Part shown: positions 55,979 through 64,000 of the stretch, piece after piece
Position numbering within the stretch: position 1 is the stretch's first letter
How the letters are laid out: the number at the start of each line of letters is the position of its first letter
NCBI RefSeq assembly: GCF_009914755.1
Contig: NC_060939.1
From: the human T2T-CHM13v2.0 reference genome, Homo sapiens
Reading direction: 5' to 3' (one strand)
Length of the DNA: 64,000 nt
Translations under genes and position numbers: made by a program
The notes under the pieces: generated by a model
Told to the model about the DNA's origin: nothing
Databases searched by the model: none
What the model saw: only the letters and a program-made list of their open reading frames with translations

Positions 55979-58303
55979 TGATATGGTTTGGCTTTGTGTC
56001 CCCACCCAAATCTCATCTTGTAGCTCCATAATTCCCATGTGTTGTAGGAGGGACCCAGTGGGAGATGACTGAATCATGGGGGCAGGTGTTTCCTGTGCTG
56101 TTCTGATGATAGTGAATGTATCTCATGAGATATGATGGTTTTAAAAATGGGAGTTTCTCTGCACTAGCTCTCACTTTGCCTCCTGCCATCCGTGTAAGAT
56201 GTGACTTGTTCCTCCTTGCCTTTGACCATGATTGCGAGGCCTCCCCAGCCATGTGGATCTGTAAGTCCATTAAGCCTCTTTCTTTTGTAGATTGCCCAGC
56301 CTCAAGTATGTCTTTATCAGCAGTGTAAAAATGGACTAATACAGTAAACTTGTACCAGTAGAGTGGGGTGCTGCTGAAAAGATACCTGAAAATGTGGAAG
56401 CAACTTTGGAACTGGGTAACAGGCAGAGGTTGGAACAGTTTGGAGGGCTCAGAAGAAGACAGGAAAATGTGGGACAATTTGGAACCTCCTAGAGACCTGT
56501 TGAACGGCTTTGACTAAAATGCTGAAAATGATATGGACAATGAAATCCAGGCTGAGGTGGTCTCAGATGGAGACGAGTAACTTGTTGGGAACCGGAGCAA
56601 AGGTGACTCTTGCTATGTTTGAGTGAAGGTGACTCTTGTTATGTTTTAGTGAAGAGACTGCAACATTTTGCCCCTGCCCTAGAGATTTGTAGAACTTTGA
56701 ATTTGAGACAGATGATTTAGGATATCTGGCAGAAGAAATTTCTAAGCAGCAAAGCATTCAATAATTGACTTGGGTGCTATTAAAGGCACTCAGTTTTAAA
56801 AGGGAAACAGAGTATAAAAGTTTAGAAAATTTGCAGCCTCACAATATGATAGAAAAGAAAATCCCATTTTCTTTAGGAGAAATTCAAGCCAGCTGCAGAA
56901 ATTCACAAAAGTAATAAAGAGTCAAATGTTAATTCCCAAGACAATGGGAAAAATGTCTCCAGGGCATGTTAGAGGTCTTCACTGCAGCCCTTCCCATCAC
57001 AGGCATGGAGGCCCAGGAGGAAAAAGTGGTTTCGTGGGCTGGGCCCAGGGTCCTCATTCTGTGTGCAGCCTAGGGACTTGGTGCCCTGTGTCCCAGCTGC
57101 TCCAGCCATGGCTGAAAGGGGCCAATGTAGAGCTCAGGCCATGGCTTTGGAGGGTGGAAGCTCCAAGCCCTGGCAGCTTCCATGTGGTGTTGAGCCTGTG
57201 AGTGCACGGAAGTCAAGAATTGAGGTTTTGGAACCTCTGCCTAGATTTCAGAAGATGTATGGAAACACTTGGATGCCCAGGCAGAAGTTTGCTATAGGGG
57301 TGGTGTCCTCATGGAAAACCTCTGCTAGGGCAATGCAGAAGGGAAATGTGGGGTGGGAGCCCCAACACAGAGTCCCTACTGGGGCACCACCTAGTAGAAC
57401 TGTGAGAGGAGGGCCACCATCCTCCAGACCCCAGAATGATAGATCCACTGACAGCTTGCACTGTGCACCTGGAAAAACTTCAGACACTCAACACCAGCCA
57501 GTGAAGGTAGCAAGGAGGGAGGCTGTACCCTGCAAAGCCACAGGGGTGGAGCTGCCCAAGACTCTAGGAACCCACCTCTTGCATCAGTGCGACCTGGATG
57601 TGAGACACGGAGTCAAAGGAGATCATTTTGAAGCTTTAGGATTTGACTGTCCTGCTGGATTTGGGACTTGCATGGGGCCTCTAGCCCCTTTGTTTTGGCC
57701 AATTTCTCCCATTTGGAATGGCTGTATTTACCCAATGCCTGTACCCCCATTGTATCCAGGAAGTAACTAACTTGCTTTTATTTCACAGGCTTATAGACAG
57801 AAGGAGCTTGCCTTGTCTCAGATGAGACGTTGGACTGTGTGGACTTTTGAGTTAATGCTGAAATGAGTTAAGGCTTTGGGGGACTGTTAGGAAGGTGTGA
57901 TTGGTTTTGAGATGTGAGGACATGAGATATGGGAGGGGCCAGGAACAGAATCCTATGGTTTGGCTCTGTATCCTCACCCAAATCTCATCTTGTAGCTCCC
58001 ATAATTCCCATGTGTTGTGGTAGATGACTGAGTCTTGGGGGCAGGTCTTTCCTGTGCTGTTTTCATGATAGTGAATGGGTTTTACAAGATCTGATGGTTT
58101 TAAAAACGGGAGTTTCTCTGCACAAGCTCTCTCTTTGCCAGTTGCCATCCATGTAAGATGTGATTTGCTCCTCCTTGCCTTCCGCCATGATTGTGAGGCC
58201 TCCCCAGCCATGTGGAACTGTAAGTCCAGTGAAACCTCTTTCTTTTGTAAATTGCCCAGTCTCAGCTACATCTTTATCAGCAGCGTGAAAACAGACTAAT
58301 ACA
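55979..58303 (+). mobile_element. Full-length THE1B (MaLR) element: LTR 55979-56343, internal 56344-57950, LTR 57951-58303
   Basis: Two direct LTRs (tgatatggtttggc...gactaataca), polypurine tract before the 3' LTR, 5-bp TSD gcctt at 55974-55978 and 58304-58308. Confidence 0.93.
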
Positions 58304-59214
58304 GCCTTTTTTCTGAATATTGATATAAATCTGAGTAGTGATGGATATGTGTTATTTACAGTCACCTTTGTAGCCAATGGAAGAACAAAAAGTAACAATG
58401 TAACCATTAAAGATCAGGAGGATAAGGGGGAGGGAAAGAAAATATTCTTTCTGGTTGTTGCCCTTCTTCTTCCCCTTATTTCTTCTCCATCTCCTCTCTC
58501 CGTTTCACTGACTCTCTCACTTCTATTTCTCGGACTCCCATCGGCCCCTGACTTTTTGTTCCAACCAAAAGCCTCAGTTCCTGCATGCTTGAAACTCTTG
58601 TATATTAGAAAGCACCTGTGCCTTCCAGGTCTACGAACAGAAGTCAGCAATTTCAGGCACTGCAGACTGAAAAGAGATTGTTAAATGAGGCAAGAATCTA
58701 TCATCTGTGAGAGAACAGTTTCCATGAGTTGCTGGGGTCAGGAGTCAAAATTGAAAGGTTTTTTGAAATTGCACTTTTTAATTTTTGATAAAACTTTAAG
58801 GAAATATGTTGATGAAAATGTACTCAATTTTACCTGTGAAAATTGTTTTGCAGCTGAGTGTGAGGCAGAGGGCTGAGGATTTTGAGTCTTGAATTCTGGT
58901 AAACTGTCCAGGAAGTGTAAGGCCAAAATAAAGCTCTTTCTCGACGAGCAAGGGTATCCTTGCTTGAAATTAGGTAAGGATGCACTTCAGAAAAAGTAAA
59001 TGAGAATGAAAGTCAAGGAAGAAGCAGCATAGGATTCTGGAAACAGAAGGTTCAACCCAAAAGTACAAAAAAGGCAGGTCTCAGAGGTCAGTCACGAAAC
59101 GGGAGGATGCACTGCTTGGAGAGGAAGGCTTGCATTTGACAGCACGACTAAGGGGATGAGAAAACTTGAGGAAATCATAAAAGCACATTATTGTTTTGTC
59201 AAAAAAAGGCAAAG

Positions 59215-59685
59215 TGCAGGACAGTTCTCTGGGTGGCCCTGGACAGACCCAGTTCTCAACTCTTTCTCACTTTTTGTTTTCAAGAATAGCTGTAGAATGT
59301 TCTGGGAAGGCAACATCCTGAGATAGGGAGGGACTGGCCAGAACAGCCTGGGTTCTGTCCCAGTCCAGCTACCTGCAGGACAGAACATCCTTCAGTGCTT
59401 CATCCCACAGGGTCCTGTTACCCCAGATTATAAAACTCAGAATGGGTTAGTTTTAGAGTCTCAGCTGTGGTGCAAGTAGGGCATGCACAGTTGAGACTTC
59501 ATCTGCCCTGTGTAGCTTTCCTGAGTCCTGGGGAACTGGCTTACAATGAATTCTGGGATTCTGCAATCTCTTGCTACATATCTGTAAGTAATAAATTTGC
59601 TTCATGTAACTTGTTGGATATGAGTGTGTTCTGTCTCACCAGACTCAGGCAAGTTGGTAATCAATGCACAGTGAACTACTTCACA
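59215..59685 (+). mobile_element. Solo LTR, probably ERVL class (MER54/MER73/MER74-like)
   Basis: TG...CA ends, 5-bp TSD caaag, TATAAAA at 59429, AATAAA at 59590. Confidence 0.75.
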
Positions 59686-60420
59686 CAAAGCACATTAAAA
59701 GTGTCAGGAAAAACAATAATCAGGACAGAAAATCTTGGTCTGAATATAGAGTAAATAATAAAGGGGTATGATTTTAAGCAATTTGATAATATATAAGAAA
59801 AGGGAATCTGTTTGGCCTTGATGCTATAAACATTTTCCTTACATATCCCAGAAGACCTTTGAGAAGAAAATGCAATTCTAACATGCTACTTGGGTCAGCA
59901 TTGAGCAAGATTTACTCAGTCACAGAAATACAAATGCTCTGTATTCACTTCTACCTTCTAAAATTAATCAATAGACAAAGTACAGATGCCTGACAGCTAA
60001 GCATAAATAAATGTTAACTGCTATGGTTATGCAAAAACTATGTCTATATTTGTAATTTACTCTACAAAAAAAGGAGTTGAGATATTGACCAAGGTTGATG
60101 GAGGATGAAATAGTGTATAAATGTGTTATTTAAAGTCACGAAGGCAGTCAGTGAAAAAACTGAAAAATAGTAACAGAACTATTAAAGATCAGAAGCATAA
60201 GGAGGAGGGAAGGTGAAGGATGATGTAAAGAGCTAAATTGACATTTTAAGAGTAAATTGATATCCTTAAGTGCTAATAGATCAAGAAATAGAAATCTACA
60301 CCTATTATCCAGTACTGTGGATGTCAGTGTTTGCCTCAGGGTATGGCATGGGTGGTAGGGAAAGGTATAGAGAAAGACTATTATTTTAAAGCTCTTCTCC
60401 ATTTTTTTTCTTAAACCATG

Positions 60421-60787
60421 TGTATTTGTTCGTTCTCACGCTGCTAGTAAAGACATATCCAAGACTGGGTAATTTATGAAGGAAAGAAGATTAATTGACT
60501 CACAGTTCCACATGGCTGGGAAGGCCTCAGGAAACTTACAATCATGGCAGAAGAGGAACCAAGATGTCCTTCTTCACACGGCAGCAGAGAGAACAAGAAG
60601 GAGAACTGAGCCAAGTGGGAAGCCCCTTATAAAACCATCAGCTCTTTTGAGAACTTATTGTCATCAGAATAGCATGGGGGAACTGCCCCGATGATTCAAT
60701 TACCTCCCACTGGGTCCCTCCATGACACCTGGGGATTGTGGGAACTACAATTCAAGATGAGATTTGGGTGGGGACACTGCCATATCG
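60421..60787 (-). mobile_element. THE1 solo LTR (THE1C-like)
   Basis: ttctcacgctgct...gactcacagttccacatggctggg...gagatttgggtggggaca; TSD (c/t)catg. Confidence 0.88.
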
Positions 60788-62099
60788 TCATGCTTATTCT
60801 TATATTCATACAATATGAACTTAAATTATGCCCCACTTTATTTGTACCTATTCAGGACAGGGAGAACCCAGCAACCACCAGGGATCAGGCTTTTTCAAAT
60901 GTTCATCATACACTATGCATTCATTTTCATTTTTCACCCTCATATCCCCCACAATAAAATAGGTGAGGTGCTGACCCCTGCACTGATGTCATTTCTTCGG
61001 AAACAAACATCACTGTTTCCAAGCTTGTCTATTTACTAGGCTTGGTGAGGCTGAGGATGGACAGCAGGGCAGGAAGCATTGTCCCCAATGCCCATAAGCC
61101 TTTGTTTTCTTTTCTTAGAGGATGACACTTAGAACATTCTGTTTTCACAGGTGGCCTCCTTGCTGAAATGTGAAAGGAAAATTGTGAACAGCAATTTTCA
61201 ACCTGTTTACCAATGTTTTCCTGACATAGTACTCTTGTAGCTCTGCCTGCCTGGAGGGGAAAACAGGAAGGAAGCAGTGATGATTCCTTCCCTCTTTTCA
61301 CTCCCAGTGGCCACCTTGGAAGGATATGAGGTGAGACTCTCTAGCTGGCCATTGAGTGCTGGCCTTAGCTTAGTCACTCAGAAACCATTGAGGAGCATCA
61401 TACAGCCCTACAACCCTCCCAGGCCACATAAATTCATATGTGAACACACTGCAGAACATTTCCCCGTTGGGTATGTCCATAGTTCAAGTGAATTGAGAGT
61501 CACCTGCCCATTTAATTGAAGCAGCAAGATGAACTCTGAGCATGGGTGAAGCCTTTTGAAGCCAGGGGCAGGCAGAGGGCAGGTAAGCACTTTTCCAAAA
61601 TCCAAAGCCAAAATGTAGTTATTGGTACTGTGGTAGCTCTAAAGTGTTAACATCCCTTCTGCAAATTCCTAACTTCCTCTAAGGGAATTGTTTCTACACT
61701 TAGTTCAATATTTCAAGAGAAATGCAAAATTAAGTAAACGAATCTTTTTTTTTTTTCCTTTTTGAAGCCATCACAAACTTCTGGGTCACCTCATATTGAC
61801 AAATATTTGTTGGTCAAAGAACTTAGAATACCATAGACTAAATTTTATATCAAGTGAATTCAGACCTTTATAGTTAAACCCATTCTCAGAGAAGATGAGA
61901 AACAAGATACCAGACCCTATGCTTGAATTGGAAGACTAAAGGTTATTAAAAAAAAAAATCTATCTAAAGTGGTTACCATAGTGCCTCACCCAAAGTAGAT
62001 TCTCATAATTGTAAGAGTGTTATCATTACTACTACTACTACTACTAAGGTTCTACTTTTTATAAAATAGCATAAGGATGTGTATGCTGAAAAATTTCTT

Positions 62100-62670
62100 A
62101 GTGATTATAACAATTAGGATGCTTTTGACAGCAAGTAACAAAAGACCTATGCAACTCAACATGGCTTACATGATAAAAATATTTATGATCCATATGAGAA
62201 GTCTAGTGGTAAAACAGTTCCTGAATGGGTTAATTCAGCACTTCCTTTATGTAATAAGGAACGTAATTCTTTCCATCTTGTCTGGCCTGCCAGGCTGACT
62301 GTGTCAGGTTTTGTTTTTTCCTCTAACGGTCCTATGGCTGAGACTCTAAATATTGCATTCTCACACACGTATATCTAAGTCTGGAAGACAGAAGCCTCCT
62401 TCCCTATGTCTCTTTTTAAGAGTGAGAAAAACTTTCCCAGAAACCTCATTGCAGACTTCACTTTCATCTCAGTGGCCGGAATTGTATGGCATGTCCATTT
62501 CCAAACCAAGGAAGGACAAAGGACTATATAATGCTCATAACTGGTCTGGGGGAAGAGGCCAATACTTCCTGAAGCCCATGTACTCCTGATACCCGAACAA
62601 CATCAGGTGAATTCAGGTTGAAGAAATGGGGAATGGTCATTGGGTGCACAACCAACAGTAACAGCCACAG
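62100..62670 (-). mobile_element. MLT1J-like LTR
   Basis: ttttgacagcaagtaacaaaagacc...ctttcccagaaacctc. Confidence 0.55.
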
Positions 62671-63629
62671 TGTTGGAGCTTTATGTTAATGTAATCAACC
62701 TGATTTCAGCCTATACTTTTCACAGGTCTAACTTTAGACTCTTTGAGATAGCAATGAAATCTTATTTGTCATTAGATTCTCCCCAAAATGCTTAACATTA
62801 AATGATTTTGTAGCTCAATAAAGTAAGACAATTACATATCTTTTCCATAGTTATGTTTTGTTTTCATTATGAGAACTGAGAGCTCAACTAATTAATAAAA
62901 ACAGGATTTCCGGTTGTTATTTTTCCCCTGGTGACTTTTCCTTTTACGTTTATCCTGAGTTAAGAAAGTCTGAAACTGTCTTCATTAGGGTTGAACATTA
63001 CCATGAGAATAGAGAGTAGAAAGCTAAGAAAAGCGTGCCATCAGAAATTTCTTTTTTCTAGGTTTCATCTCTATTCTTATCAAAATTTCAAATGTAAAGG
63101 AGGTAGTGGGAAGAATGAATATTTTTGTTTGATGGAATCAAAATACCAAATTTTTCATTGAACTGAAATGATTAAAACTAATTTTTATGAGAAAAACAAA
63201 TATAAGTTGCTAAATCAAATCCAAAAACCAATTACTAAAGTGCAAAAAGGAGGTATGGGAGAATGTATGAGTGGTAAATCTGACCCTGCATGAAAAAACA
63301 CTTAGACATTGATTTGGAAAAGCGTTATACTGCAAAAGCAATCCCAAAATCTTGTGCACAATGCAATAACAGTTTATTTTTCACTCAAGCAAATTGTGCT
63401 GCATGTCTGGGCAGCGTGCTAGGGCTGCTGTCCTCCATGTGTTGGCTCAGCATTCCAGCTTGATTCAATCTATGACAACTCTGTATCAACACATGGGTTG
63501 ACAATAGTCAGGATGGGCAAAGAGATGCCTGGAAAGATGAGAATAAGCACTTAAGTGCCTGAACCTGGAACTGACATGTGATACTCTACTCATTTCCTAT
63601 TGGCCACAGCTGGTAACATGACTATTTAA

Positions 63630-64000
63630 AAAACTGTTTTTCTCTATTCTCACAACACTTCTAACACTAAATTTGTGGGGATTTTTCTCACACCAACCAA
63701 TTTTTCCAATTTTCAACTAGGTGTCCTACAATTTAACTCATTTCTGACACTATCTGCCCAGAGTTGGTGCCGACCCCACAGGTTGAGGCCTCAGTCCTAC
63801 AAGAATGCACCACTAAAGGATCCCGAGCACAGAAGTTTCTGTCTCCATGGAATTTGGGGTGCTCCATCTTCCCAGCATGTGGATGCATTCTTGTTCACCA
63901 ACCTGGAAGCTCTTCAAACCCCTTTGCTTAATTTTTTTAGGAAGGCTTCATGATATAGGCATGATTGATTAAATCACTGGCCATTGATGATCAACTCAAC
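63630..64000. mobile_element. MER21-like LTR (runs off the window)
   Basis: gtgtcctacaatttaactcatttctgacactatct...gaccccacaggttgagg...ctcagtcctacaag. Confidence 0.65.

Noticed and set aside
57063-57770. 235-aa ORF
   Set aside because: It lies wholly within the THE1B internal region, starts at GTG and has no recognisable domain; long open frames are typical of THE1-int

Overview
Primate genomic DNA, almost certainly human: the translated dUTPase matches human DUT as I recall it, and an AluYb8-type insertion is present. This points to the DUT locus on 15q21.1, between SLC12A1 and FBN1 (neither gene is in the window). The one protein-coding gene is DUT (dUTP diphosphatase), + strand, about 11.4-23.6 kb. 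It has a CpG-island promoter and three alternative first coding exons joined to five common downstream exons. I reconstructed these by hand: mitochondrial DUT-M 252 aa, nuclear DUT-N 164 aa, and a 167-aa MAAGGAAP- isoform. The rest is repeat-rich intergenic DNA: about 28 Alus, L1/L2/MIR fragments, MaLR/ERVL LTRs including a complete THE1B element, Tigger-derived DNA transposons and a Y1 RNA pseudogene. Nearly all ORFs in the supplied track are Alu-, LTR- or GC-derived noise. I do not see a convincing new multi-gene system. The most promising leads are: an overlapping alternative ORF upstream of DUT-M that contains a decayed look-alike of the DUT NLS exon; a candidate poison exon; 3'UTR hairpins with tandem polyA sites; a candidate antisense exon; a divergent CTCF motif pair; and several well-resolved insertion or mutation scars. 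Repeat subfamily names come from remembered consensus sequences and need RepeatMasker/Dfam confirmation. Repeat boundaries are approximate unless a TSD is quoted.
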